Positions 19,349 to 29,547 are shown, counted from the first letter of the stretch. The stretch is 64,000 nt of DNA from Alphaproteobacteria bacterium (GCA_965227515.1 CBDDFZ010000001.1:448001-512000); one strand, 5' to 3'. Notes: generated by a model not told the origin, from the sequence alone. Numbers and translations: made by a program.

Positions 19349-21874
19349 CTAAGTCGCCAGCTTCGAGATGAGACTGCCGCGCCCGCGCGGCATGGAGACG
19401 ACGCCGGCGGCAAGCCCTGCCGCGACCGCCGCGACCACGCCGAGCAGCACCGGCAGCAGCGCGCTTTGCCAGGTGACGACACCTGCGACCCGGAGCGCGC
19501 GTTCGGCCAGCCAGTCGCCGCCATAGAGCCCGGCCGCGCCGCCGAGGGCCGCCGCCAGCACACCGATCGCCGCCACCTCGCCCAGCCGGGCAACCGCGAT
19601 CCTGAGCCGCGACGCGCCGACCAGCGCATAGGCCAGCCCCTCGCGCGCCCGGGCGTCGGCGTCGGCGGCGATGACGGCGGCAAGCGCGATGCCGCCGGCC
19701 GCCAGCAGCGCCATCGCCACGGCGAAGGCCGCCGTCGCGGTGCCGCCGACCAGCTCCTCGAGCTGGCGCAGCAGGGTGCGCACGTCGATGACGGTGACGT
19801 TGGCGAAGGCGTCGTTGACGCGTTCGATCAGGCTGTCGATGGCCGCGTCCGACCCCTCGATCTGCGCGTGCCAGGTATGCGGCGCGGTCATCAGCGGCTG
19901 CGGCGAGGCGACGATGATGAAGTTGGAGCCCAGCGCCTGCCAGCGCACGTTGCGCACATTGGCGACCTCTCCGGTCAGCTCGCGGCCGAGCACGGCGAAG
20001 GTCACCTGGTCGCCGGGCCCGATGGCGAACGCCTCCGCCACGTCGTCGGAGATCGACAGCAGCATCGGGCCGTCATAGTCCTCCTCCCACCAATAGCCGC
20101 CGCTCCACACCCCACCGGGCAGCGGCTCGGCGGTCCAGCTCACGCCGTGGTCGCCGGTGATGACCCAGCGCTCGGAGAAGTCCACCAGCGCCTCGCGGGC
20201 CGGCACGCCGTTCACCTGGGTGATGGCGCCGCGCAGATTGGCCTGCAGGTCGACATCGGTCAGGCCGTCGGTTTCGGCGAGCATGTCGTTGAGCACCAGC
20301 CGCTGCTCGGGCTGTACGTCGACCAGGATCAGACCGGGCAGGCGGCGCGGCAGGTCGCTCTGCAGCCGGGCGTCCAGCGCGGCGCTGACCGCGTCGACGG
20401 CGACGATGGCGGCGATGCCGATGCCGATGGCGACGGTCTTGGCGGCGGCGGCCTGCGGGTCGGCGAGCGCGCGCATGGCGGCTGCCAGCACGAAGCCGCG
20501 CGGCCGGAGCCAGCCCGCGACCAGCGCCACGACGCGGCCGAGAATCCAGAGCGCGACGGCGAACGCGGCCAGCCCGGCGGCGGCGATGCCGCCGATGCGC
20601 GGGTCGGGCAGGCGCAGCACCGAAAGCGCCATCGCGCCCACGATAAGCAGCAGGCCGACGATGACCAGCCACCCGGCGCGCGCGGCGGGCGGCTCGCCAC
20701 CGCGCATGGCAGCACCCGCCGGCACCCGCGCGGCGGCGGAGATCGCCGGCACCGCGGCCCCCAGCACGCCCAGCAGCATCACGCCAAGCGCCGCAGCGCC
20801 AACCGTCGGCAGCAGCTCGAACACCCCCGTCACCGGCAGCGCCAGCGCCAGGAAGTCGAGGATCAGCCAGGCCGGAATCGCAGCCAGCACCAGGCCGATC
20901 AAGGTCGCCACCAGCGCCGCCGCCATCAGGATCACGCCATGCAGGGCCGCCACCGTGCCACGATTGGCGCCCGACAACCGGTAGAGCGAGATGGTGCGGC
21001 CGCGCTTGCGCACCCAGGCGCCCGATGCGGCCCACGCACCCGATATCGCCACCGCCATCGCGGCGACGCCGGCAATGCCCATGAACGTGGTCGTACGCTC
21101 CACACCCTGGCGTACGCGGTTGGAGACGTTGGCCGGCGTGCGTACGCGCCAGCCGGTGGAGGGTTCCAGCTTGCGGATCTCGAACATGCTGGCGGCGACG
21201 TTCGCGCCCTCGGGAAACGCCACCCGGTAGCGGAAGTCGACAAGCGAGCCGAACGTGACGAGATGTGCCGCCTCCAGCGCGTCGTCCGAGATCAACAGTC
21301 GCGGGCCGACCATGAACGCTCCGACGCCCAGGCGGTCCGGCTCCGCGGTCAGCACGCCGCGCAGCTCGACAACGATGTCGCCGAGCACCACCATGTCACC
21401 GACATTGGCATCCAGCCGGTCGAACAGCGTCTGCTCGCCGACCGCGCCGTACGTGCCATCTCGCGCGGCCAGCAGGTCCTGGATGTCGCCCTGGGGCGCA
21501 CGTACGGTGCCATAGAGCGGATAGAGTTCGTCCACGCCGCGCAACTCGACCGGGGCGTTGCGGTCGTCCAGCCGCACGGTGGAGCGCATGTCGGCCACCA
21601 CGGACACCTGGCCCAGGGCTTCCATCGCGGCGAGGGTGCCGGGGTCGAGGCGCACCGTCGGCACCTCCAGTTCGACGTCGCCGCCGACGATCGCGCGGCC
21701 GTTGCGCTCGAAGGCGTCGCCGGCGCCACCGCCGATCATCCACACCAGCGCCAGCATGGCGGTGCCCAGCGCCACCGCGGCGATGAAGAGCTTCAGCCCG
21801 GCGAGGCCGGCGCCCAGCTCGGCACGGACAAGCCGTCCGAGGATGGAGAAGCGGGAGTGCCGGGTGCCGCTCAT
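19349..21874 (-). CDS. FtsX-like ABC permease (YbbP-type)
   Basis: Two FtsX modules, YPLYG, DVQPEQ; follows the ATPase gene. Confidence 0.85.
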   Translation of the reverse strand: MSGTRHSRFSILGRLVRAELGAGLAGLKLFIAAVALGTAMLALVWMIGGGAGDAFERNGRAIVGGDVELEVPTVRLDPGTLAAMEALGQVSVVADMRSTVRLDDRNAPVELRGVDELYPLYGTVRAPQGDIQDLLAARDGTYGAVGEQTLFDRLDANVGDMVVLGDIVVELRGVLTAEPDRLGVGAFMVGPRLLISDDALEAAHLVTFGSLVDFRYRVAFPEGANVAASMFEIRKLEPSTGWRVRTPANVSNRVRQGVERTTTFMGIAGVAAMAVAISGAWAASGAWVRKRGRTISLYRLSGANRGTVAALHGVILMAAALVATLIGLVLAAIPAWLILDFLALALPVTGVFELLPTVGAAALGVMLLGVLGAAVPAISAAARVPAGAAMRGGEPPAARAGWLVIVGLLLIVGAMALSVLRLPDPRIGGIAAAGLAAFAVALWILGRVVALVAGWLRPRGFVLAAAMRALADPQAAAAKTVAIGIGIAAIVAVDAVSAALDARLQSDLPRRLPGLILVDVQPEQRLVLNDMLAETDGLTDVDLQANLRGAITQVNGVPAREALVDFSERWVITGDHGVSWTAEPLPGGVWSGGYWWEEDYDGPMLLSISDDVAEAFAIGPGDQVTFAVLGRELTGEVANVRNVRWQALGSNFIIVASPQPLMTAPHTWHAQIEGSDAAIDSLIERVNDAFANVTVIDVRTLLRQLEELVGGTATAAFAVAMALLAAGGIALAAVIAADADARAREGLAYALVGASRLRIAVARLGEVAAIGVLAAALGGAAGLYGGDWLAERALRVAGVVTWQSALLPVLLGVVAAVAAGLAAGVVSMPRGRGSLISKLAT

Positions 21875-21894
21875 GAAATTGCCATGCCCACCAT

Positions 21895-21981
21895 CGTCAT
21901 GCGCGGACTTGATCCGCGCATCCACGACTTGGCATCGACCGCCGAAAGACGTGGATACCCGCAACACGTGCGGGCATGACG
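21895..21981. repeat. CGTC-tagged palindromic repeat dimer (family D)
   Basis: CGTCATGCGCGGACTTGATCCGCGCATCCA ... TGGATACCCGCAACACGTGCGGGCATGACG. Confidence 0.75.
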
Positions 21982-22003
21982 ATCTTCTCTTGATTCAAGC
22001 CGC

Positions 22004-22723
22004 TCAGCCATCAGGGACCAACCGGCCGTCTTCCAGGCCGATGGTGCGGTCGCAACGCTCGGCCAGCGCCGGGTCGTGGGTGACCAGCAGCAGGGCGGCG
22101 TTCATCTCGCGCGCCATCTCGAACATCAGGTCGATGATCTTGGCGCCGGTGCGCTGGTCGAGGTTGCCGGTGGGTTCGTCGGCCAGGATCAGCTTCGGGC
22201 GTGCGACGAAGGCGCGCGCGATGGCGACGCGCTGCTGCTCGCCGCCGGAAAGCGCCGAGGGGCGGTGGGTCAGCCGGTGGCCGAGGCCGACCGCCTCCAG
22301 GATCGCCCTCGCCTTCTTGCGCGCCCCGCCGACACCGGCCAGGGTCAGCGGCAGGGCGGCATTCTCCAGCGCGGTCATCGCCGGCACCAGATGATAGGCC
22401 TGGAAGACGATGCCCATGGAGACGCGGCGCATGCGGGTGCGCTCGGCCTCGGAGGCACTGGCGAGATCGGTGCCGGCAACCAGCACCTTGCCCTCGTTGG
22501 GCGTCTCCAGCCCGCCGATCACCGCGATCAGCGACGACTTGCCGGAGCCGGACGGCCCCATGACAGCGATGATCTCGCCGGCCGCGACATCGAGGTCGAT
22601 GCCGCGCAGCACCTCCACCGGCCCGGCCGGAGTCGGATAGGCGAGCTGCACGCCGCCAAGCTCCACCACGGGCGCCGATACCTGAGCGGAACCTTGGGCA
22701 ATCGCGTCTTCGGTGGTCAGCAA
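22004..22723 (-). CDS. ABC ATP-binding protein (YbbA/LolD-type)
   Basis: GPSGSGKS, LSGGEQQRVAIARA, ADEPTGNLD; TTG start inferred. Confidence 0.9.
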   Translation of the reverse strand: MLTTEDAIAQGSAQVSAPVVELGGVQLAYPTPAGPVEVLRGIDLDVAAGEIIAVMGPSGSGKSSLIAVIGGLETPNEGKVLVAGTDLASASEAERTRMRRVSMGIVFQAYHLVPAMTALENAALPLTLAGVGGARKKARAILEAVGLGHRLTHRPSALSGGEQQRVAIARAFVARPKLILADEPTGNLDQRTGAKIIDLMFEMAREMNAALLLVTHDPALAERCDRTIGLEDGRLVPDG

Positions 22724-22897
22724 GTGCGGACATCCTGTCGGAGAAGCATTTGATGAACCTAGGCATGACGGCAGTGGGCGGCCAGCACCGTCGCGATCAC
22801 GACGCGGTGAATGGCGCTTTGGACGAGGATTGTCGGGTGTTCTGTATTGTGCCAACCTCAGCGCGATAGTTAGCAGCGATATTAGTCGGGTAACTTC

Positions 22898-25771
22898 ATG
22901 GGCATCTCATTCGACCCCGCCACACCGGGCAAGGACTTCAGCGAGGTGCACGGCAAGATTGTGGATGCGCTGGTCAGCGCAGCAACCGCCGAATACATCG
23001 GGGTGCTGCGCAACCTCTACGATGTCGTCACGTCGATCCGCCAGAAGGCCCGCACCCAGGAACAGGCGGCGTGGTTGCTGTGGTGCGAAGCGGTAGCCTA
23101 TGCGCTGGCCGACTTCTTCGATTCCGCCCACCTCCACCGCCAGCCGGAGAAGGACGAGCTGACCGACCTGGTGGCCGAGGTGCTGGGCCAGTCGGCCACG
23201 CACTGCGCAGGTGCGGAACTGACCAACGCCACGCTGGCGGACCCGACCGATCTGGCGATGTACCGTGCGCTGCGCGAGGACTGGCCAACGCGCGTCAGCC
23301 AGGTCGCGCCTGACCATGGCAAGGACCCCGAGGCGTTGCGGCGCCTGCTCGACCGCTGTTTCGCGCGCCGGTTCGTGGATGCGCGGGTGCGTGGCCGTGA
23401 CCAGTACACCGCCATCGAGGCCAGTCTGGGCGGCAACATCGCCGCCGACATGCAGCGCTTCGACGAATGGCAGCGCTATTACGACTTCCTGCGCTGGCAG
23501 GTGGAGGAAAAGCCTCTATTCGGCCAGGACGAGGGCGGCGCCGCGCTGGCGCGCATGTTCGTGCCGCTGCGCTGCCACTGGATAGAAGACGAGGACGACG
23601 GAGAGGCCGCCTCACAATTCAGCAGCGAGTATCCGACACTCGCCGTCATCGCCATGCTCAATGACACACTGGAAGCCTGGCTTGACGAAAACGATACGGA
23701 AGACCTGCTGCGCATCGTCACCGGAGGCCCCGGCAGCGGCAAATCCAGCTCGGCGCAGATGTTGGCTCACCGGGTGGCCGCCGCTGGCCGGTGCAACGTA
23801 CTGCTGGTGCAATTGCAGGGCATGGATATCACCGCGCCCATCGACGGCATCGTCGACCAATACATTGGACTGGCGCGCGCCGGGCAGGCTGCTCCCCATC
23901 ACAATCCCATCGAAACCCTCGACCACGACCACTTGCCATTGCTGCTGATCTTCGACGGGCTAGACGAGGCAGCGCCCCCGGACCGGACAGGCGACGACGT
24001 CGCCAGGACGTTCATCGCCAATCTGCGCCAAAGGTTGCGCGCGGCCCACCTGATGGCACGGGCGGTACGCCTGCGTGCGTTGGTGCTTGGGCGCACAACA
24101 GCAGCGGACAATGCGATAGATTCGATTGCGTTACCCGGACACGCGCTGTTGCGCGCCGCACCTCTGTGTCCGCTGAACGAAGACCGGCTGAATCTGAGCG
24201 GCACGGTGGAGCTTGGTTTCGCCGACAACGCCCCCGACGAAATCGAGCTGGTCGATCAGCGCAACCAGTTCTGGGCGAACTATGTCGCGGTCAGCCCGGA
24301 CTGCCCGCCCAAGCCACCCGAGGGGCTGTTCGGCGCGACACTGGATGACCTGACGATTGAGCCGCTGCTGCTCTACCTGCTGATGTATTCCGGCTATATC
24401 GCCAAGAACTGGCCCAAAGCGTTGGAGAACCGCAACCGGGTCTACGAAGAGATCTTCCGCAAGGTCCACCAACGCGACGTGCACGAAAAGAGGCTCCATA
24501 TCAAAGATGAGCTGAAGTCGGAGGGCGATTTCTTCACACTGATGGAATGCCTTGGGCTCGCAGCGTGGCGCGGTGGCGGGCGCACCGGCAGCAACCAGCA
24601 GTTCGAATTGTTGCGCGACAAGATCTATGCCCGTGAATATGAGACGAGGTTTGCGAACATCGACAACGCCGACATCGACAATGTCGCGCTGCAATTCTAC
24701 ACGCAGCGCCCAGGCGGCGATCAACCGGGCTATGCCTTCATCCACAAGTCTTTCGGCGAGTACCTGACCGCACGGGCACTGATCAATGCCGCGGAGAAAT
24801 GGACGCACCAGCACGCCGGTCACCCCGACCGCATCGCTGCCGACTGGCTGCAGCTGACCGGGCCGCAAGAGATCACGGCCGACATCCGTCATTTCATGGA
24901 CGACGAAGCCCGCCTGCGGTCCGGGGTCGACGACCCGCAGAAGGTCGCGCGAGAACGGATCGACGAACTTATCCCCGTCGTCAACCACACCTTGCGTGAC
25001 GGCTTTCCTGCTCACGTCGACCTCGAAACTGGCCGAGACAGCAGCGACGTGACGTGGCGGCAGCGCGAATCCATGCAAGCCAGTGCCGAACGCGCTCTGT
25101 ATTTCGTCATTGGTTCATGGAGTGCCGTCGCTTTCCCAACGGACACGGGTACCATGCAGAACGGCGGAGGCTTCCCAGCAGGAGCTATTGCCATCGAATG
25201 GCCGGACGACAACGCCGCCAATTCTCTTATAGATCGCGCACTGAATGACGGCCAAGGTAGAATGAATCTCAGGGCCTTGAACTTTAAGGGCTCTGAACTT
25301 AGCTTTGCGTTACTTGTTGGTGCTGACTTAAGCTATGCCTCTTGCAGAGACCTGCACTTGGTTGCCGCCAATATGACAAATGCGATTGCAAGATTCTCAG
25401 ATTTCTCTAACGCACTACTTATTGGCTCTAGCTGCTCAAGTGTCGATCTATCTGGCGCAAACTTGACCGGTGCAATATTTGATCGGTCGGATTTGATGCA
25501 GGCGAAGCTGAATAACGCAAGACTGGAACGAACCCGCTTCATTCGTGCAAACTTGGCCAAGGCAAGCCTTGAGGGTGCTGATATTACTGGAGCGGACTTA
25601 CGAGGCGCCAACTTGTCTCACGCCAAGGGCCTCACCAAGTCGCAACTCGATCAAGCCGTCGGCAGTGAGGACACCATCCTGCCCGAGGGCCTGACCCGGC
25701 CGGCGCATTGGTTACCGCAGCCGACAGAGCAAGGCGAAGACCGTCCTGAACCGCACGACTACGAAGTGTAA
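22898..25771 (+). CDS. NACHT/STAND NTPase with C-terminal pentapeptide repeats
   Basis: Walker A TGGPGSGKSS, Walker B LLIFDGLDE, EPLLL, winged-helix FIHKSFGEYL, A(D/N)LxxA repeats. Confidence 0.88.
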   Translation: MGISFDPATPGKDFSEVHGKIVDALVSAATAEYIGVLRNLYDVVTSIRQKARTQEQAAWLLWCEAVAYALADFFDSAHLHRQPEKDELTDLVAEVLGQSATHCAGAELTNATLADPTDLAMYRALREDWPTRVSQVAPDHGKDPEALRRLLDRCFARRFVDARVRGRDQYTAIEASLGGNIAADMQRFDEWQRYYDFLRWQVEEKPLFGQDEGGAALARMFVPLRCHWIEDEDDGEAASQFSSEYPTLAVIAMLNDTLEAWLDENDTEDLLRIVTGGPGSGKSSSAQMLAHRVAAAGRCNVLLVQLQGMDITAPIDGIVDQYIGLARAGQAAPHHNPIETLDHDHLPLLLIFDGLDEAAPPDRTGDDVARTFIANLRQRLRAAHLMARAVRLRALVLGRTTAADNAIDSIALPGHALLRAAPLCPLNEDRLNLSGTVELGFADNAPDEIELVDQRNQFWANYVAVSPDCPPKPPEGLFGATLDDLTIEPLLLYLLMYSGYIAKNWPKALENRNRVYEEIFRKVHQRDVHEKRLHIKDELKSEGDFFTLMECLGLAAWRGGGRTGSNQQFELLRDKIYAREYETRFANIDNADIDNVALQFYTQRPGGDQPGYAFIHKSFGEYLTARALINAAEKWTHQHAGHPDRIAADWLQLTGPQEITADIRHFMDDEARLRSGVDDPQKVARERIDELIPVVNHTLRDGFPAHVDLETGRDSSDVTWRQRESMQASAERALYFVIGSWSAVAFPTDTGTMQNGGGFPAGAIAIEWPDDNAANSLIDRALNDGQGRMNLRALNFKGSELSFALLVGADLSYASCRDLHLVAANMTNAIARFSDFSNALLIGSSCSSVDLSGANLTGAIFDRSDLMQAKLNNARLERTRFIRANLAKASLEGADITGADLRGANLSHAKGLTKSQLDQAVGSEDTILPEGLTRPAHWLPQPTEQGEDRPEPHDYEV

Positions 25772-25776
25772 CGGCG

Positions 25777-26724
25777 CTACCCCATCCCCGCTTTGCGCTG
25801 GCGTTCGGGGATCAGGCCCTTGGCGTAAGTCTGCAGCACCACTTGCAGCAGCAGGCCGATCAGGAACACGCGCAGGTACGACGCGCGGGTGATCCATTCC
25901 GGCGGCAACTGCCCGGTGACAAGCTCGGTCGCCGACCACAGCGCCCAGATCAGCATCGGCCCGACGATGGCGCCCAGATTGTTGCCGCTGCCGCCGACGA
26001 TCAGCATCACCCAGACCAGGAACGTGGTCATCAGCGGCTCGGTCGCCTCCGGCACGATCACCTTGAAGGCGTGGGCGTTCAGCGCGCCGCCCAGGCCCAT
26101 CAGCATGCCGCCGACGACGAAGGATTCCAGCCGGAAGCGCACGACGTCCTTGCCGGCGGCCGCGGCGGCGATGTCGTTGTCGCGGATCGCGCGCATCACC
26201 CGGCCCCAGGGCGCGCGCACCGCCCGCTGCAAGATGAGGTAGAGCACCACCACGATGGCCAGGATCAGCGCAAGCTGGGCTATTTCGGCCCAGGGTGCCG
26301 GCAGCTCCTCGAACGGGCGCGGAATGCGCTGGATGCCGCGCGGGCCGTTGGTCAGCCACAGCTCATTCTTCAAGATCAGGCGCAGCACCTCGGCAATACC
26401 GATGGTGGCGATGGCAAGATAGTCGCTCTTCAGGCGGATGCAGGTGATGCCGACCCCCAGCGCCAGCACGCCGGCGATCAGGCTCGCCGCCAGCATGCCG
26501 ACCGGGATCGGCAGCTCGAACCCGCCCACATGGCTGTCGGACGCCGCCGAGGTCAGGATCGCGGTGGTGTAGGCGCCAATGGCGTAGAAGCCTGCAATGC
26601 CGGCATTGAACAGGCCGGTGTAGCCCCATTGCACGTTGAGCCCGAGCGCCATCACCGAATAGATCCCGCCCATGGTGGCGAGCGAGATCAGGTACATCAT
26701 GATGCCGTAGAGCGAGTCGTCCAT
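25777..26724 (-). CDS. livM: Branched-chain amino acid ABC permease (LivM-type), orphan
   Basis: LNVQWGYTGLFNAG..GFYAIGAY, RLKSDYLAIAT, RAIRDN...GK. Confidence 0.88.
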   Translation of the reverse strand: MDDSLYGIMMYLISLATMGGIYSVMALGLNVQWGYTGLFNAGIAGFYAIGAYTTAILTSAASDSHVGGFELPIPVGMLAASLIAGVLALGVGITCIRLKSDYLAIATIGIAEVLRLILKNELWLTNGPRGIQRIPRPFEELPAPWAEIAQLALILAIVVVLYLILQRAVRAPWGRVMRAIRDNDIAAAAAGKDVVRFRLESFVVGGMLMGLGGALNAHAFKVIVPEATEPLMTTFLVWVMLIVGGSGNNLGAIVGPMLIWALWSATELVTGQLPPEWITRASYLRVFLIGLLLQVVLQTYAKGLIPERQRKAGMG

Positions 26725-26962
26725 TGGTGCCGGTCGGTTGCGCGCAACGCGGAGCATACTGCCGCCGGGCGCAGTTTACGGCAAGGCGGGCGGCCATGCC
26801 CCGCGCAATACCAACACCGTCATAATTCGTTAGGGTTTTGGGCGCAGGGTAGCGCGGTATTTTCCCCCGAGTCGGTGACCGCCCCTATGCAAAACGCCCT
26901 GGAACGTATTCTCGTCCGCCTGATGCTGCGCTGGAACTGGCGCGCCATGTGCCGGTAGGTTT

Positions 26963-27586
26963 CTAAGCCTTCACCGCTGCAGCCGCCCGTTCGCGCCGCG
27001 CCTGGGCGATGATCTGCAGCGCCGACCACGTGAACAGCCCGGCCATGCCCGCCGCGACCGCCAGGTCCGGCCAGCCGGTCTCTGTCAGCCACACCGCCGC
27101 CGCCGCAATCATCACCGCGACGTTGCCGATGGCATCGTTGCGCGAGCACAGCCAGACCGAGCGCACATTGGCGTCGCCCTCGCGATAACGCACCAGCAGC
27201 CACACGCTGGCCAGGTTGGCCAGCAGCGCAAGCACGGCGATCGGGCCCATCACCTGCGCCTCCGGCACGCCGACGACAAAGAGCTGGTAGATCGTGGCGC
27301 CCAGCACCCACAGCCCCATCGCCAGCAGGCTGACGCCCTTGATCAGCGCGACACCGGTGCGCGCCGCCACCGACGAGCCGATCACCGCCAGCGACAGGCC
27401 GTAGGTGATCGCATCGCCGGCGAAATCGAGCGCATCGGCCTGCAGCGCCTGCGACCCGGCCAGGTGGCCCGCCGCCATCTCGATCGCGAACATGACCGCA
27501 TTGATGGCGATCACCGCCCACAGCCGGCGCTTGTACGCCGCCGACATGCCGTCGAACACCGCGCCGTGACCGCAGCCGCCGCTCAT
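26963..27586 (-). CDS. Cation (Co/Zn/Cd) efflux transporter, short CDF type
   Basis: LQADALDF.GD, RSVWLCSRNDAIGN, WPDL. Confidence 0.88.
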   Translation of the reverse strand: MSGGCGHGAVFDGMSAAYKRRLWAVIAINAVMFAIEMAAGHLAGSQALQADALDFAGDAITYGLSLAVIGSSVAARTGVALIKGVSLLAMGLWVLGATIYQLFVVGVPEAQVMGPIAVLALLANLASVWLLVRYREGDANVRSVWLCSRNDAIGNVAVMIAAAAVWLTETGWPDLAVAAGMAGLFTWSALQIIAQARRERAAAAVKA

Positions 27587-27618
27587 GATTGCGTCCTTGC
27601 ATCCATAGCCATATGCGC

Positions 27619-27649
27619 CATGTAGTATCTCTAGTGACTAGAGGTTCAA
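27619..27649 (-). promoter_or_regulatory. MerR-type promoter/operator of the efflux gene
   Basis: Minus strand -35 TTGAAC, 19-nt spacer containing dyad CTCTAGT-C-ACTAGAG (27629-27643), -10 TACATG. Confidence 0.8.
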
Positions 27650-27662
27650 GGGGTCGTTTGCG

Positions 27663-28079
27663 ATGTATTCGATCGGCGATCTGGCGCGGCACACCGGCGT
27701 GAAGGTGCCGACCATCCGCTACTACGAGGAGATCGGCCTGCTGGCGCCTGCTGAGCGGACTGCGGGCAACCAGCGCCGCTATGACCGCGCGGCGCGCGAC
27801 CGGCTGGGCTTCATTCGCCATGCCCGCGACCTGGGCCTGCCGCTGGAGGCGATCCGCGAACTGGTCGAGCTGAGCCTGCACCCGAACCAGCCGTGCGCCG
27901 ACGCCGACCGGATCGCCAAGGCGCAACTGGCCGCCGTGCGCGACCGCATCGCGCGGTTGCGCTTGCTGGAGTCCGAGCTGGAAAGGATCGCCGACGGTTG
28001 CGACCACGGCGCGATCAAGGATTGCTACGTGATCCAGGCGCTGGCCGACCACTCGCTGTGCGCCACCGCGCATGATTGA
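27663..28079 (+). CDS. MerR-family metal-responsive regulator
   Basis: TIRYYEEIGLL, RTAGNQRRY, conserved Cys (PC...C...C). Confidence 0.93.
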   Translation: MYSIGDLARHTGVKVPTIRYYEEIGLLAPAERTAGNQRRYDRAARDRLGFIRHARDLGLPLEAIRELVELSLHPNQPCADADRIAKAQLAAVRDRIARLRLLESELERIADGCDHGAIKDCYVIQALADHSLCATAHD

Positions 28080-28129
28080 TTAAGTGACGTCGGCGCCAGC
28101 AACAACCGACTTCGCGCGAGCGAGACCTT

Positions 28130-29110
28130 CTAGCCGAAGCTGAAACCCCAGACGATCGCCACCGCCGCTGTGGCGCCGGCGAAGATGGTCAGCCCGACCC
28201 AGCGATTGGCCTTGAACTGCCGAAGGCAGCTCTTCGGGTCGCCCAGGCGCACGGTCCATACCTGCACGCCCAGCAGCAGGGTCGCGCAGCCGGTGCCCAC
28301 GAACCACGGCCAGGCCGCCCCCGCCAGTTGCCCGGCGATGCCCCACAGCACCGATCCTGCGACGTAGAACACGACCAGCCATTGCTTGGTGTCGTCGCCG
28401 AACAGCCGTGCCGTCGATTTCACCCCGATCAGCATGTCGTCCTGGATGTCCTGGTGGGCATAGATGGTGTCGTAGCCGATGGTCCAGGCGATGGCGCCGG
28501 CATAGAGCACCAGCGCCGGCCAGTCGAAGCTGCCGGCGGCCGCCGTCCAGCCGACCAGCGCGCCCCAGCTGAACGCCAGGCCCAGGAAGAACTGCGGCCA
28601 CCAGGTGATGCGCTTCATGAACGGATAGACCGCCACCAGCACCAGCGAGGCGGCCCCGACGGCAATGGTCAGCCAGTTGAATTGCACCAGCACCGCCAGC
28701 CCGACCAGGGCCTGGGCAGCCAGCCAGATCCACGCGCCGCGCACGCTGACCCGGCCGGACGGGATCGGCCGCAAGGCGGTGCGCGCGACCTTCATGTCGA
28801 TGTCGCGGTCGACGATGTCGTTGAACGTGCAGCCGGCGCCGCGCATGGCGATGGCGCCTATCATGAACAGCGCGGCGTATAGGACATAGGTCCAGCCGAC
28901 CGGGCCCGGCCATGCCAGCCCCATGCCCCACAGGCAGGGGAAGTACAGTAGCTCCCAGCCGATCGGCCGATCGAGGCGCGAGAGCTGGAGATAGGGCTGC
29001 CACGCCGCCGGCATCGCCGCGATCAGGCCAGTGGTCGCGATGTCGCTGCGCTCGGTGGGGGTCGCGATGTCGCTGCGCTCGGTGTTGGTGGGGGTGGGGG
29101 TCGCGGTCAT
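28130..29110 (-). CDS. ubiA: 4-hydroxybenzoate polyprenyltransferase
   Basis: RLDRPIG, NDIVDRDID..VARTALRPIPSG, YPFMKR, YDTIYAHQD..DD. Confidence 0.95.
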   Translation of the reverse strand: MTATPTPTNTERSDIATPTERSDIATTGLIAAMPAAWQPYLQLSRLDRPIGWELLYFPCLWGMGLAWPGPVGWTYVLYAALFMIGAIAMRGAGCTFNDIVDRDIDMKVARTALRPIPSGRVSVRGAWIWLAAQALVGLAVLVQFNWLTIAVGAASLVLVAVYPFMKRITWWPQFFLGLAFSWGALVGWTAAAGSFDWPALVLYAGAIAWTIGYDTIYAHQDIQDDMLIGVKSTARLFGDDTKQWLVVFYVAGSVLWGIAGQLAGAAWPWFVGTGCATLLLGVQVWTVRLGDPKSCLRQFKANRWVGLTIFAGATAAVAIVWGFSFG

Positions 29111-29208
29111 GGCCGATCCATGCGCCGATCCCGTCGCCGGTGCAAGACGCGGTTCGTCACATGGTGTTGGCGTTTGCCAAAGGCGGGCAATGGAGCCAAC
29201 TTGCCGCC

Positions 29209-29547
29209 ATGGACGAGTTTCGATTGCCGACAGAGCTATGGGTGACCGCGCATATGCGCCGCTGCTCGGTGGAGGGCGTGCCGGCGACCATCGTGCGCAA
29301 GGGCGAACCCACCTTCGGCACCGTGGTGCTGAAGCTGAACCATCTGGGCGCCGGGTGCCGGGTGCTGACCCAGGCCCGCGACACCGAGGGCCGGCTCGGC
29401 TGGCTGGCGGCCCTGGATGGCGCATTGGTGCCGGAGGCGGATGCCGATGCCTATATCGCGCGCACCCTGGATCTGGACGAAGATGCGTGGGTGATCGAAA
29501 TCGAACACCGGGACGGCTGGCACCCCTTCGAAGGCAAGGTTCTTTAG
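29209..29547 (+). CDS. DUF1491-family protein
   Basis: RLPTELWVTA..R, RKGE...G, D.DAWVIEIE. Confidence 0.8.
   Translation: MDEFRLPTELWVTAHMRRCSVEGVPATIVRKGEPTFGTVVLKLNHLGAGCRVLTQARDTEGRLGWLAALDGALVPEADADAYIARTLDLDEDAWVIEIEHRDGWHPFEGKVL

Noticed and set aside
22724-28079. Prophage or integrative island around the NACHT and metal-efflux genes
   Set aside because: No integrase, tRNA, att repeats or phage genes seen
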